64,000 nt of DNA. Origin: Bacteroidales bacterium. Lineage in GTDB: Bacteria; Bacteroidota; Bacteroidia; Bacteroidales; GCA-2748055. The DNA lies in NCBI GenBank assembly GCA_029938715.1, contig JAOZUK010000009.1, positions 3,504 through 67,503 on the forward strand. The letters are read 5' to 3'. The notes beneath the pieces are model-generated. The model saw only the letters and a program-made list of their open reading frames with translations. It ran no database searches and was not told where the DNA came from. The position numbers and the translations under genes were made by a program. Position 1 is the first letter of the stretch; each line of letters begins with the position of its first letter. Below are positions 1 through 9,941 of this stretch, piece by piece.

Positions 1-876
1 TATGTTGTGCAGGCCATTGAACTGGACTCTAGTTTCGCACTTGCCTACAGTCTTCAGGGCAACATCGCTATTGCCAAAGGTTCCATGTTCGGAGTTGAAC
101 TGAGTGCCATGGAAGCATTGAGCCAGGCCATTATCTCCATTCGGAAGGCCCTTGAGATCGAACCGGATCTGCCTGAAGCCCATGCTGTTAAAGGTTTCTA
201 TCATCTTTACTATGAATGGGATTTCAAAAAGGCTGAACAGGAATACAAGAAGGGGATTGAAAGGTTCAACACTGAGGGTTATGCCCTTTACGTGGACTAC
301 CTGAACTTTGCCGGCAGGCACAAAGAAGCCCTGGAGATGACTCAGCGTCTGGAATACAATGAACCCTACTATCCCAATACCCGGATGATCCTTTCCCTTT
401 TTTATAATCAGCAGATAGATGAAGCCAGGGAGTTTGCACAATCCAGGCTCAGGGTTATGCGTAACTATGTTATCATGGATTCCTACGGCTTTCTACTTTT
501 AAACTCTGGTGATTACAAGGAAGCCATCCGGATATTCCAGCAGATCTTCGAACTGGAAAACATCCGCTATCCGAGAATCCTTGGCTGGATGGGAGCTGCT
601 TATGCCAGGTCGGGGCAGCGAGTTAGGGCCAGGGAGCTTATTGACGAATTAATGCAACACAGGGCGCTGAATTCTGCAGGTTCTCCTGCATTTTTCATTG
701 CTGTGATCCATGCAGCAATGGACGAAACAGAAGACGCCCTGCACTGGCTATCTGTAGCCATTGATGATCACGAAATGGAGATCCCCTGGCTTACCACCGA
801 ACCACAATTCTATCAATTACACAATCACAAGGACTTCAGAGCCATGGTCAAAAAAGTGGGCTTCCCGGGAACATGA
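1..876 (+). CDS. TPR-like repeat protein, C-terminal part (5' end outside the window)
   Basis: The frame is open from base 1, and track ORF 7..876 starts at an internal GTG. It shows repeated helical A/Y/L-rich ~34-aa units such as EALEMTQRLEYNEPYY and EAIRIFQQIFELE. Confidence 0.5.
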   Translation, partial: YVVQAIELDSSFALAYSLQGNIAIAKGSMFGVELSAMEALSQAIISIRKALEIEPDLPEAHAVKGFYHLYYEWDFKKAEQEYKKGIERFNTEGYALYVDYLNFAGRHKEALEMTQRLEYNEPYYPNTRMILSLFYNQQIDEAREFAQSRLRVMRNYVIMDSYGFLLLNSGDYKEAIRIFQQIFELENIRYPRILGWMGAAYARSGQRVRARELIDELMQHRALNSAGSPAFFIAVIHAAMDETEDALHWLSVAIDDHEMEIPWLTTEPQFYQLHNHKDFRAMVKKVGFPGT

Positions 877-925
877 TCCGGTCTGATTCAGGGTTTGCCC
901 TGGCGAACCCCGAAGGGCTCAAATT

Positions 926-2878
926 TTAATTTTTTATCAACCTGGCTACCCAGCCGCCTCCGGGAGCTAGTTTGATCTTTAAAGAATCACTACTCGAGAC
1001 CTTTATTGATTTTTTCAGGTAGTCTATGGCACGTGTGTCTGCGTTAATTCCATCTTCAATAAATTCCATCTGGTATTCACCTTCTTCAAGAAAATCAAAT
1101 GCGATTTCAAACTCCTTTGTATTCCAGTTGGTTATTGCCCCGATATACCAATCTTCCCCATTCTTCCTTGCCAATACCGTATTTTCGCCGATTTCAGCAT
1201 GAAGTACTTTCAGGTCATCCCATTCGACAGGGATTTTTGAAATAAACTCTGTACATTCCTTTTCATTATAATAATCGGATGGAGAGTCAGGCAACATTTG
1301 CATCGGGCTTTCCATGATTACAAACAGGGCCATGGAATGAGCCCGGGTTCCTTGCCCCATTGGCATATCACCTACAGGCCTGAAATTCTTCTTTTGAGCG
1401 TTATGAGTAGTGAAGGGAATATAATCTACCGGACCGGCTACCATCCGTATATATGGTAGTAGATTATGATGTTTGGGGGTATCGTAATCAGTCCAGCCAT
1501 TATACTCAAATTCAATCAGGGCTTCTCGTGTTAATACATTCGGGTAGAGACGCCTGAGTCCGGCAGGTTTGTATGCTCCGTGGAAATCGATAACCATTTT
1601 TCGTTTGGCTGCTTCATGCGCAACCTGGTGGTAAAACTGTACCATTTCCTGATCGTCCCGGTTCATAAAATCAAACTTAATCCCACTTATTCCCCACTCT
1701 TCAAATTGATCCCAGGCCCTCTGTTCCTGTTTTTCAAACGTGTTCCAGATTACCCACAGCATGATTTTAACATTTTTCTCCTCCGCGTAGGCAAGGACTT
1801 CTTCCATGTTCAGGTTGGGATTTATGTCAAAAAGGTCATCCTGTTCCGACCAACCATCATCAAACAAGAAGTATTCGAATTCAAATTCCGAAGCAAAATC
1901 GATAAAATACTTTGCTGTTTCAGTATTTACTCCAGATTTAAAATCTGTACCGTATATATTACGCCTTCCCCACCAGTCAAAGGTAACTACACCTGGTTTT
2001 ATCCAGGACAGATCTTCAATCTGAGTGGGTTTTGCCAACTGATATACCAGTGTGTTGGAAATCAATCCTGCATCATTTACCGAGATTGCAAAAATGCGCC
2101 AGGGAAAGCTTCGGGTACCTGTGGTTTTGGCAATAAAGTTTTCATGTACTTTTACTTGCCCGTGACGATAAGGGCTTCCTTCATTTATTAAAGCTGCAGG
2201 GTAACCTGCATGCGCTGATTTTAATGAATTATTACCGGTGCTTTTGAGCCACATTCCGGGGTAATTCTCAAGATCTGACTCCATTACCAGGACATTAATA
2301 CCATTGGGTTTCTTAACTAATGCCGGAAGGCAACAATATCCCTCAGTGGAAATATTATTGATTGCTTTAAACTGGTATGGAGTTTCATAGCTAGAGTTAA
2401 AAGTGGCTGACTTCTGAAAATGGAGAGAGTCCCGATCCTCAAATTGAAGAGAGAGATTTTCCCGATTCACCACTGTGCTGTCGGAGAAAAATGTTTGGAA
2501 CCGGTAAGCCATTCCTTCATTAAATACCCGGATAATAAACGCATAATTGCTTTTAAATCGGAGAGTTAATTCATTAAATTCTTCATTAATTGCACTATAT
2601 TTTTCTTTGATTGGAGGATATAGTTTCCGGCTTATGGAACTAGTTTCGGCTTTCTTAATTTTTTTAATACCAGAGCTAAAATCTATTCCTTCAATTTCAA
2701 GTGAGATATCTTCCAGTTCAAAAAGTTTATATGATTGGTAATGTACATTTATCCCGATTTCCGAATCCAGGGTAAGCACTACTTCAATATTCTTATCCGG
2801 AGAAAAGAGAGTAAACTCCTGTCCAAAAGAGATGTTGGAAATAAAGATGTAAATAGTTGATAGTAAAAGATATTTCAT
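926..2878 (-). CDS. Glycoside hydrolase family 97 (alpha-glucosidase/alpha-galactosidase, SusB-like)
   Basis: 650 aa with a signal peptide and ATG start. N-terminal FTLFSPDKNIEV and the central WGISGIKFDFMNRDDQEMVQFY block match my recollection of GH97 signatures. Confidence 0.8.
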   Translation of the reverse strand: MKYLLLSTIYIFISNISFGQEFTLFSPDKNIEVVLTLDSEIGINVHYQSYKLFELEDISLEIEGIDFSSGIKKIKKAETSSISRKLYPPIKEKYSAINEEFNELTLRFKSNYAFIIRVFNEGMAYRFQTFFSDSTVVNRENLSLQFEDRDSLHFQKSATFNSSYETPYQFKAINNISTEGYCCLPALVKKPNGINVLVMESDLENYPGMWLKSTGNNSLKSAHAGYPAALINEGSPYRHGQVKVHENFIAKTTGTRSFPWRIFAISVNDAGLISNTLVYQLAKPTQIEDLSWIKPGVVTFDWWGRRNIYGTDFKSGVNTETAKYFIDFASEFEFEYFLFDDGWSEQDDLFDINPNLNMEEVLAYAEEKNVKIMLWVIWNTFEKQEQRAWDQFEEWGISGIKFDFMNRDDQEMVQFYHQVAHEAAKRKMVIDFHGAYKPAGLRRLYPNVLTREALIEFEYNGWTDYDTPKHHNLLPYIRMVAGPVDYIPFTTHNAQKKNFRPVGDMPMGQGTRAHSMALFVIMESPMQMLPDSPSDYYNEKECTEFISKIPVEWDDLKVLHAEIGENTVLARKNGEDWYIGAITNWNTKEFEIAFDFLEEGEYQMEFIEDGINADTRAIDYLKKSIKVSSSDSLKIKLAPGGGWVARLIKN

Positions 2879-3091
2879 GGTAAAAATGATTTTCCGTTTA
2901 GATTTTAGAAATTGCCCTTTTCATTGGAGCAATATTACAAAAACAGCTCCATTTGGCATTGAATAATAGACCAATTACAGATTTAAGGCCTGTTTTTGCA
3001 GAATTGGGGGTATTTTATCACTTTTTCGCGCTAAATCAGTCAAATATCGTATGATCTGCAGGGTGCCCAAGGAGATTCAATGAGTTGCCTT

Positions 3092-4855
3092 TTACTTCCT
3101 AAGAGAAAACAGGAACTCAAGCCCCTTCTCTGTATCTTGCCTTGCCGAAATAGTTCCTCCATGCAGCATAATGGCGTTTTTAACAATGGCCAGACCCAGG
3201 CCCGTTCCGCCTGTCTTTCGCGACCGGCCGCCATCGATGCGATAGAATCGTTCAAAGATGCGTGAAAGATGCTTTTCATCAATCTCGCTACCTGTATTTG
3301 AGAACGAGAAGTAGAAGAATTTATCATCCTCCAAATAACTGGTCAGGTTGATATCTATATCCTTGCCTCCATATTTAATGACATTGTCGAACAGGTTGTA
3401 AAATATTGAGAAGAGGAGCGACTGGTTTCCGTTTACGACCATTTTTCCCGGAAGATCGATGTGTAGACCGACGCGATTTGTATCTAGTTTTTGCTGCATA
3501 TTTTCTATCACCTCCAGGGCAATCCTCTTTATTTTCACTGGCTCAAAGGCATATTGATCGTTTGCCTCCTCAATTTTATTCAGGGTGGAGATGTCTTCAA
3601 TAAGGTCTGAGAGCCGTTTTGCCTGGGCATGTGCTTTTTCAATGAAATATTTTTGTTTTTCAGCTTCCAGTTCATTCTGCTGAAGCGTTTCCAGGTAACC
3701 CATTACGGTGGCCACAGGTGTTTTCAGTTCATGGGAAATATTGGAGGTCATCTGTTGCTTGATCAGTCGCCGCTTCTCCAACTTCGTGGTATCTGTAATC
3801 ACAATCTCGAAACTGTTGTCCTGAAAGAACACACACTTTACATTAAAATAGCGATTCTCCCGCTGCAGGCCTACCTCCGCTATGGGATGGTCACTGGGCT
3901 GATAGCCAGCTGGTTTTTCAAGCTGCTGGTCAATAAAACGAACAATAGGTTCCAGCGCGGCAATTTTAAAAATCTTCTCTGCTGAGATGGTAGAAGTGTC
4001 GGAAATCAGATTCAGGTTCTGAATAAACTGGTTATTTGTCAGCACCCTCTTTTTTTCAGGTGTGAAGAATGCAACACCTTCATTCAGTGCGTTTAAGTGG
4101 CTGAATAGTTTATCCTTTTCAACCAGGATCTCCTCCTTGGCATTCAGGAGCTCTTTATAAATCGATGTGATCTGATTACCAATATCCCCCAGCTCATCAT
4201 CCGGAAATTTTATGGAGCTGTCATATGTTTTTCCACTTCTAAGTCTGATGGCAAAGTCCTTTAGCCTGGTGATGGTGGCTGAGAATCGCCGGGTCATGAT
4301 CATCAGCAACAGGGAGATAAACAGGAATAGCGACAGGAGATAGATGATAAAGAGTTTCTCCACATGAAGAAAATCTATGACCCGGATATCGTAGAGTGCG
4401 GCTGTTCGTATGAAGTAATCTGAATAAAACCTGGCATAATAGTAGTAGCTGCTTCCCGTGGTAGACGACTCCCTGATATTGGCCCCAAACTCCGAGGCAA
4501 CGGAGCCCCTGACCTCCGGTCGCTGCAAGTGGTTCTCCATGCCTTTATAATCGGCAACCTCACTGTCGTACAAGACCACTCCTTCAGGATTGATTACAGT
4601 TACTCGGATATTCTGTACCGGGAGGATCCCCACCAGAGAATCGATCTTTCCGAAATCCGCTTCTTCCAAAATCGCATTGCTCCGAATATAATTGTGGGTA
4701 AGTACTGTAATTTGATCAAGCTGGCTTTCAAGCTGGCTTTTTTTAAATCCCTTCTCTCGTTGAAACTGAAATACAAGCACCAGTATTGTGAATATGATAA
4801 AGATGACAGAGAAAGAGATAAAGAGTCGCTGTCTGAAATTCAATTTTACTAACAT
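3092..4855 (-). CDS. Two-component sensor histidine kinase (PhoR-like by context)
   Basis: Two TM segments, H-box SHELKTPV and G2 box GGTGLGLAIVKN. It sits adjacent to the response regulator, phoU and pst genes. Confidence 0.85.
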   Translation of the reverse strand: MLVKLNFRQRLFISFSVIFIIFTILVLVFQFQREKGFKKSQLESQLDQITVLTHNYIRSNAILEEADFGKIDSLVGILPVQNIRVTVINPEGVVLYDSEVADYKGMENHLQRPEVRGSVASEFGANIRESSTTGSSYYYYARFYSDYFIRTAALYDIRVIDFLHVEKLFIIYLLSLFLFISLLLMIMTRRFSATITRLKDFAIRLRSGKTYDSSIKFPDDELGDIGNQITSIYKELLNAKEEILVEKDKLFSHLNALNEGVAFFTPEKKRVLTNNQFIQNLNLISDTSTISAEKIFKIAALEPIVRFIDQQLEKPAGYQPSDHPIAEVGLQRENRYFNVKCVFFQDNSFEIVITDTTKLEKRRLIKQQMTSNISHELKTPVATVMGYLETLQQNELEAEKQKYFIEKAHAQAKRLSDLIEDISTLNKIEEANDQYAFEPVKIKRIALEVIENMQQKLDTNRVGLHIDLPGKMVVNGNQSLLFSIFYNLFDNVIKYGGKDIDINLTSYLEDDKFFYFSFSNTGSEIDEKHLSRIFERFYRIDGGRSRKTGGTGLGLAIVKNAIMLHGGTISARQDTEKGLEFLFSLRK

Positions 4856-4869
4856 AGCTGATTCAATAA

Positions 4870-5565
4870 TTATTTAGCGGGTTTTTCAAATGCATAACCA
4901 TATCCAGGTTTAGTCCTCAGATATTTTCCATAAGGCCCCAATTTTTTCCTTAGCCTGGTGATGTGTACATCGGTGGTCCTGTCTGAAACTATGGTTCGAT
5001 CATCCCAAATCCGTCTGAGTATTTCCTCCCTGGAGAAAATGACCCCTTCATTCCTGAGAAGCAGTGCCAGGATCTCAAACTCCTTCTTGGTCAGTTCGAC
5101 CTCCTGCTTCCCGATATAGAGTTTCCGTTTTTTAAAACTGAGTTTAAGGTCATCCACAAGGATAGGCGCTTTACTTCGGCTCTCCTTACCATGTACTCTT
5201 TTTAGCACCGCCCTCACCCTGACAATGACCTCTTTCACCGAAAAGGGCTTGGTGATGTAATCGTCACCTCCCAGGTTAAACCCTGTAAGCAAATCATCCT
5301 CGGCAGTCTTTGCTGTAATGAAAATAATGGGTATGGTCAGAGCCTGCTCTGTCCGTAGCTTTTTGGCAAGTTTGAATCCCGACATTTCGCCCATCATTAC
5401 GTCCAGGAGGATCAGGTCAAAGGATCGCAGATCTTTGGTTAATGCCTCCTCTGCAGAGTGGGCTACTTCGGTGCCAAACCCCTCACCATCAAGGTTAAAC
5501 TGCAGAATTTCACATAGGTCCTCCTCGTCATCCACAATCAATATTTTGTAATCGTTTTTCTCCAT
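4870..5565 (-). CDS. OmpR-family response regulator (PhoB-like by context)
   Basis: Receiver domain (ILIVDDEEDL, LLDVMM, KP) plus a winged-helix output (TKKEFEILALLL). The track start at 5574 is TTG; the first ATG gives MEKNDYK at 5565. Confidence 0.85.
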   Translation of the reverse strand: MEKNDYKILIVDDEEDLCEILQFNLDGEGFGTEVAHSAEEALTKDLRSFDLILLDVMMGEMSGFKLAKKLRTEQALTIPIIFITAKTAEDDLLTGFNLGGDDYITKPFSVKEVIVRVRAVLKRVHGKESRSKAPILVDDLKLSFKKRKLYIGKQEVELTKKEFEILALLLRNEGVIFSREEILRRIWDDRTIVSDRTTDVHITRLRKKLGPYGKYLRTKPGYGYAFEKPAK

Positions 5566-5601
5566 GATCTTCAAGTCATGATTTGATTTTAAAAGATAAC
5601 A

Positions 5602-6294
5602 CTAATTCTTCGTTTTTGGATTCTGGTGTCTGACAATGGAACCTGTAATGGCATATATGGATGACTCGGCAATATTGGTAGCATGGGCGCCGATGCGCTC
5701 CAGGGATGAAATGATCGATCTTACATCCACAAGGTTGTTCAGGACCTTTTGACTCTCCATGGGCAGTCCGGCCGATTTGAAGTTCTTCTTCAGCAGCTTC
5801 CTGTTCAGTTCATCAAACTCCATATCCTTATTGATGGTCCAGGTGGCAAATTCTGAATCATTGTTGATGAATGACAGTAGGGCTTTATTCACCATCTTCG
5901 AGGTGAGCTTCAGCATGTTCTGAAGTGTTGAGGCAGATTCCTCCAGCAGGGAGCTGTCTTTTATCTCCAAATAGGTATTTGTAATCTTTACCACCAGGTC
6001 ACCCACCCTCTCCAGGTTGATGGTCATGTGATAAATGGCAAACAAGCGTCTAAGATCAGTGGCAAGCGGGTGATAGAGGACAATGACCTTGATAATTTTT
6101 TCATCAAGCTGAACCTCATGTTTGTCAATAAGTTCCTCGTTAGAGACCAGTTTCTGCATGATCTTCTTCCTGCCGGCATCCTCCTCCTTGTTCAATATCT
6201 CCTGGAGTAAGCGGAGCTGCTCAAGGATCAGGTTTGAAAGTTTCTCAAACTCCTTTTCGATTTTTTGAATGGCCAGGTCTTTATTTGTAGTCAT
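5602..6294 (-). CDS. phoU: Phosphate signalling complex protein PhoU
   Basis: 230 aa with two PhoU-type helical repeats (ERVGDLVVKI and ERIGAHATNIAE), immediately downstream of pstB. Confidence 0.85.
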   Translation of the reverse strand: MTTNKDLAIQKIEKEFEKLSNLILEQLRLLQEILNKEEDAGRKKIMQKLVSNEELIDKHEVQLDEKIIKVIVLYHPLATDLRRLFAIYHMTINLERVGDLVVKITNTYLEIKDSSLLEESASTLQNMLKLTSKMVNKALLSFINNDSEFATWTINKDMEFDELNRKLLKKNFKSAGLPMESQKVLNNLVDVRSIISSLERIGAHATNIAESSIYAITGSIVRHQNPKTKN

Positions 6295-6311
6295 AGCTCT
6301 AAGGTTTTCAA

Positions 6312-7094
6312 TTAACTAAACTTTCCAGTAAGATACTCTTCGGTACGTTTATCGATTGGTTTGATGAACATATCTTTGGTTTTTCCATACTCTATCAACT
6401 CACCAAGATACATGAACATAGAGTAATCTGAAATACGGGCTGCCTGCGACATGTTGTGCGTTACCAGCAGTATTGTATAGTGTTCTTTCAGTTGAGTCAG
6501 TAGCTCCTCCACCTTTTTGGTGGCCACAGGATCAAGGGCAGAAGTGGGTTCATCAAGGAGGATCATATCTGGACGAAAGGCAAGCGCCCGTGCAATACAA
6601 AGCCTTTGTTGTTGTCCCCCCGACAAAAAAGTTCCCTTCTTTGTGAGTGAGTCTTTCACCTCATCCCAGAGGGCCACATCGCGGAGCGATTTTTCAACGA
6701 TTTCATTCCGGTCACTCTTTTTCAGCCTGATTCCGTTGAGCTTGTACCCGGCAATCACATTGTCGTGGATGCTCATGGTTGGAAAGGGGTTGGGGCGCTG
6801 AAACACCATTCCGATCTTTCGCCTTAGCATGATCGTGGACATATTGGTAGTCTCTTCACCGTTCAGAAGAATATCGCCGTTAATATCAATATTGGGATAG
6901 AGATCGTGCATCCGGTTGATTGCTCTTAGCAGGGTGCTTTTTCCGCATCCCGAGGGCCCCATGATGGCAGTCACCTTGTTTTTTTTGATCCCGGCACTCA
7001 CATCTGTAACGGCCGGTTTATCTTTGTTGTAGGCCACCGATAAATTCCGGATCTCCAGTACGGGGTCATCTATATGTTTGATTAAATCACTCAT
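6312..7094 (-). CDS. pstB: Phosphate ABC transporter ATP-binding protein PstB
   Basis: Walker A GPSGCGKST, ABC signature LSGGQQQRLCIARAL, Walker B ILLDEPTSALDP, and a PstB-typical length. Confidence 0.95.
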   Translation of the reverse strand: MSDLIKHIDDPVLEIRNLSVAYNKDKPAVTDVSAGIKKNKVTAIMGPSGCGKSTLLRAINRMHDLYPNIDINGDILLNGEETTNMSTIMLRRKIGMVFQRPNPFPTMSIHDNVIAGYKLNGIRLKKSDRNEIVEKSLRDVALWDEVKDSLTKKGTFLSGGQQQRLCIARALAFRPDMILLDEPTSALDPVATKKVEELLTQLKEHYTILLVTHNMSQAARISDYSMFMYLGELIEYGKTKDMFIKPIDKRTEEYLTGKFS

Positions 7095-7097
7095 TAT

Positions 7098-7964
7098 TTA
7101 ACTTCTTTTGGCAATAAGCTGCTTCGATACAAGGTTCAGTAAGAGCACAACCATCATCAGAAACAGGGAGGATGACCAGATGAGGTCAATCATATTAGGA
7201 TCGTTATAAAATTCCCAAATCAACAGCGGTACAGCGCTAGTGGGCTTTGTCATATTAAGGTTCACCTCCATGCTCCCCAGTGCTGTCAGCATCAGTGGTG
7301 CGGTCTCTCCAATAATTCTTGAAATGGCCAGCAGGATACCTGTAGCCAGACCGCTGAATCCGGAGGGGATCAACACCCTAAGGATAATTTTGTGGTAGGG
7401 GACACCCAGCGCAAAACCTGCCTCCCTGATGGATTCAGGGATCATCTTCAGTGTCTCCTCGGTGGATCTGATAATAAGGGGAAGCATCATAATGGCAAGC
7501 GCGGTACTCCCTGCCAGAGCCGAAAAACCATGGGTGATATTTTTTACCACCCAGAAATAGGCAATCAGCCCCAGCACAATGGAGGGTACTCCCTGGAGGA
7601 TATCCACAATATCTCTTACAATACCGGCATATCTTTTGGTTTTCTGATCATATAGAAAAATACCGATCATCAGCCCTATTGGTATGGCCATTGCCGAGGC
7701 AATCAGAACCATAAATAGTGTTCCTGTGATACCGTTTAGAATACCGCCCGGAATAATCTCCCCCGAATTGACCGCCACCATGGCTTCATAGGTGTCAGGT
7801 GCCTTTTTTGAGAAAAAGTCGAAGTTGATCTGCCTGTAACCTTTGGAAACCAGCTTATAGATGATCAGTACAATGGGGGAAATGGTGACCATCGACAAAA
7901 GGAAAATCCCACCGGCAAACAACCGGTCCTTAACAATACGTTTGTTGAGGGTTGGATTTTCCAT
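7098..7964 (-). CDS. pstA: Phosphate ABC transporter permease PstA
   Basis: Polytopic permease with an EAA-like loop (IREAGFALG), located between pstC and pstB. Its start overlaps the pstC stop (TAATG). Confidence 0.9.
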   Translation of the reverse strand: MENPTLNKRIVKDRLFAGGIFLLSMVTISPIVLIIYKLVSKGYRQINFDFFSKKAPDTYEAMVAVNSGEIIPGGILNGITGTLFMVLIASAMAIPIGLMIGIFLYDQKTKRYAGIVRDIVDILQGVPSIVLGLIAYFWVVKNITHGFSALAGSTALAIMMLPLIIRSTEETLKMIPESIREAGFALGVPYHKIILRVLIPSGFSGLATGILLAISRIIGETAPLMLTALGSMEVNLNMTKPTSAVPLLIWEFYNDPNMIDLIWSSSLFLMMVVLLLNLVSKQLIAKRS

Positions 7965-8821
7965 TATACGCTGTATTTTTTGACAATCAGTTTACCGATT
8001 CCATTGATAATACCAGTAATTACAAAAAGCAACAGGGCGATGGCAATCAGTGCGCTCAACTTGAGTCCGTCTGCCTCTCCAAACTGGTTGGCAATGACAC
8101 TGGCCATGGTATTTCCACTATCGAAGATCCCTTTGGGGATCATATTCGAATTTCCTATCAACATGGTGACAGCCATGGTTTCGCCCAGGGCCCTGCCGAA
8201 GGCCAATATATAACTGGTGAAAATTCCTGAACGTGCATTGGGGACGATTACATTAAATATCACTTCCCGACGTGTGGCGCCCAGTGAATAGGCAGCCTCC
8301 TTCAGGTCGTTGGAGACCATCTTGATGATCTCTGTGGTGATGGAGGTGGCATAGGGTATGATCATGATGGCCAGTACCACTCCTGCCGTAAAGATGCTAA
8401 ATCCCTGTGCGCTCCACCCGAGTGCTACAATCAAGGGCCTCAATACGTAAAACCCCCATAATCCGTAAACGATGGAGGGGATCCCCGCAAGCATATCAAC
8501 CATGGTGCCGGTAATGCTTGCCATTCGTGTGCCACGGTAGTACTCTCCGATAAAGAGGGAGGTAGAGAAGGCCAGAGGGAAGCACAGGATAATGGCGATC
8601 AGTGAGGTCAGCAGGGTCCCGATAATAAATGGCAGGGCCCCATAGACTTCCCGACCCTCTGTGGGATTCCATTCCGAGGAGATAATAAACCGCAAACCAA
8701 ATTCTTTAAAAACGGGAATGGCTCCACTGGTCAGGGAGTACACCATTCCGGCTGTTACAAGAATGACCACTGCAGAAGCCAGGAACAACAATGTTTTTAC
8801 TATCCGTTCACTATTAAACAT
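7964..8821 (-). CDS. pstC: Phosphate ABC transporter permease PstC
   Basis: Polytopic permease with the EAAYSLGAT loop, directly downstream of pstS. Confidence 0.9.
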   Translation of the reverse strand: MFNSERIVKTLLFLASAVVILVTAGMVYSLTSGAIPVFKEFGLRFIISSEWNPTEGREVYGALPFIIGTLLTSLIAIILCFPLAFSTSLFIGEYYRGTRMASITGTMVDMLAGIPSIVYGLWGFYVLRPLIVALGWSAQGFSIFTAGVVLAIMIIPYATSITTEIIKMVSNDLKEAAYSLGATRREVIFNVIVPNARSGIFTSYILAFGRALGETMAVTMLIGNSNMIPKGIFDSGNTMASVIANQFGEADGLKLSALIAIALLLFVITGIINGIGKLIVKKYSV

Positions 8822-8864
8822 CTGCAGGGGTTATTAATTAATGATTGAATTTCTGAACCGGCTG

Positions 8865-9926
8865 CTATTTCAACAGCGGTTGTCCGTCAAATACTACAGA
8901 TCCCAGCAATTCCATGGCCTGTGCCACGGTCTTTTCTGGCAGCGGAGCATAATTCACTTGCTGAGCCAGGGCCTGTGCATCTTTTTCAATGATCCAGGAC
9001 AGGAACTTCACCGTCTCTTCTGCCTGGGCTTTTGACCTTTTGTTGTAGGCCTGTTCTTTGTAGAGAATCAACCAGGTGAACCCACTGATTGGGTAAGCAT
9101 CCGGATCGGTCGAACAGGTGAGCATCACCTTGGTGTCGACGGGTATTTCTCCTTTTGCCGCAGCGCTGATTGAGGCAAGGTTTGGCATTACATATTTTCC
9201 GGCACTGTTTTCAACCTGCGCCACCGGTATTTTCTGGGCAAATGCGAATTCTGAACCAATATATCCTACAGCACCATTGGTTTGCTTGATGGTTCCTGCA
9301 ACACCAGGATTGCCCTTGGCCCCTAAACCAACGGGCCATTTCAGTGATTTGCCCCGGCCAACTTCACTCTCCCAGTCAGCACTGATCTTACTCATGAAGT
9401 CGCTGAAGATGTAGGTGGTCCCACTACCATCGGAACGATGGACAACCGTGACAGCCAGGTTAGGCAGGGTTACCCCGGGATTGGATTCCTTGATCCTGGA
9501 ATCATTCCAGTTGGTGATTTTTCCCATGAAGATGTCCGTAAGATTCTCATTGGATAACTTAAGCTCCTCTATCCCGGGCAGTGAGTATGCAATTACCACT
9601 GCACCAATGCAGGTTGGAATGTGTACAATCTCTGCAGGCATTTCAGCCTCCTGATCGGCATTCAGATAAGCATCAGTGGCTCCAAAATCAACCACCTTGT
9701 CTTTCAGGCTTCTGATTCCTCCTCCCGAACCGACCCCCCCATAAGTAAGCAGGGTGCCTGCGCTCTTTGAATAGTTTTTGATGGCCAGGTTGTAAAAGGG
9801 CAGAGGGAATGTGGCTCCCGCAGCTGTAAGACTTACATTCTCCGAACTGCTATTGCCTCTGTTACTGCTATTGCCACAAGATGAAAGCAGCAGGGCAACT
9901 GTGATGATTCCAATTAGATTTTTCAT
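8865..9926 (-). CDS. pstS: Phosphate-binding lipoprotein PstS
   Basis: Lipobox LLSSC, with phosphate-binding motifs GVGSGGG and HRSDGSGTT. It is the first gene of the pstSCAB order. Confidence 0.9.
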   Translation of the reverse strand: MKNLIGIITVALLLSSCGNSSNRGNSSSENVSLTAAGATFPLPFYNLAIKNYSKSAGTLLTYGGVGSGGGIRSLKDKVVDFGATDAYLNADQEAEMPAEIVHIPTCIGAVVIAYSLPGIEELKLSNENLTDIFMGKITNWNDSRIKESNPGVTLPNLAVTVVHRSDGSGTTYIFSDFMSKISADWESEVGRGKSLKWPVGLGAKGNPGVAGTIKQTNGAVGYIGSEFAFAQKIPVAQVENSAGKYVMPNLASISAAAKGEIPVDTKVMLTCSTDPDAYPISGFTWLILYKEQAYNKRSKAQAEETVKFLSWIIEKDAQALAQQVNYAPLPEKTVAQAMELLGSVVFDGQPLLK

Positions 9927-9941
9927 TTTTTTGTTTAATTA

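Noticed and set aside
1580-2191. 203-aa plus-strand ORF, together with 1806..2024 and 2547..2741, inside the GH97 gene.
   Set aside because: These are antisense shadow ORFs of a well-supported 650-aa gene, with low-complexity hydrophobic translations and no motifs.
3040-4852. Several ORFs overlapping the histidine kinase gene (3040..3327, 3080..3265, 3406..3603, 3629..3985, 4375..4563, 4529..4852).
   Set aside because: All overlap the kinase CDS in other frames or on the other strand. None has recognisable motifs.
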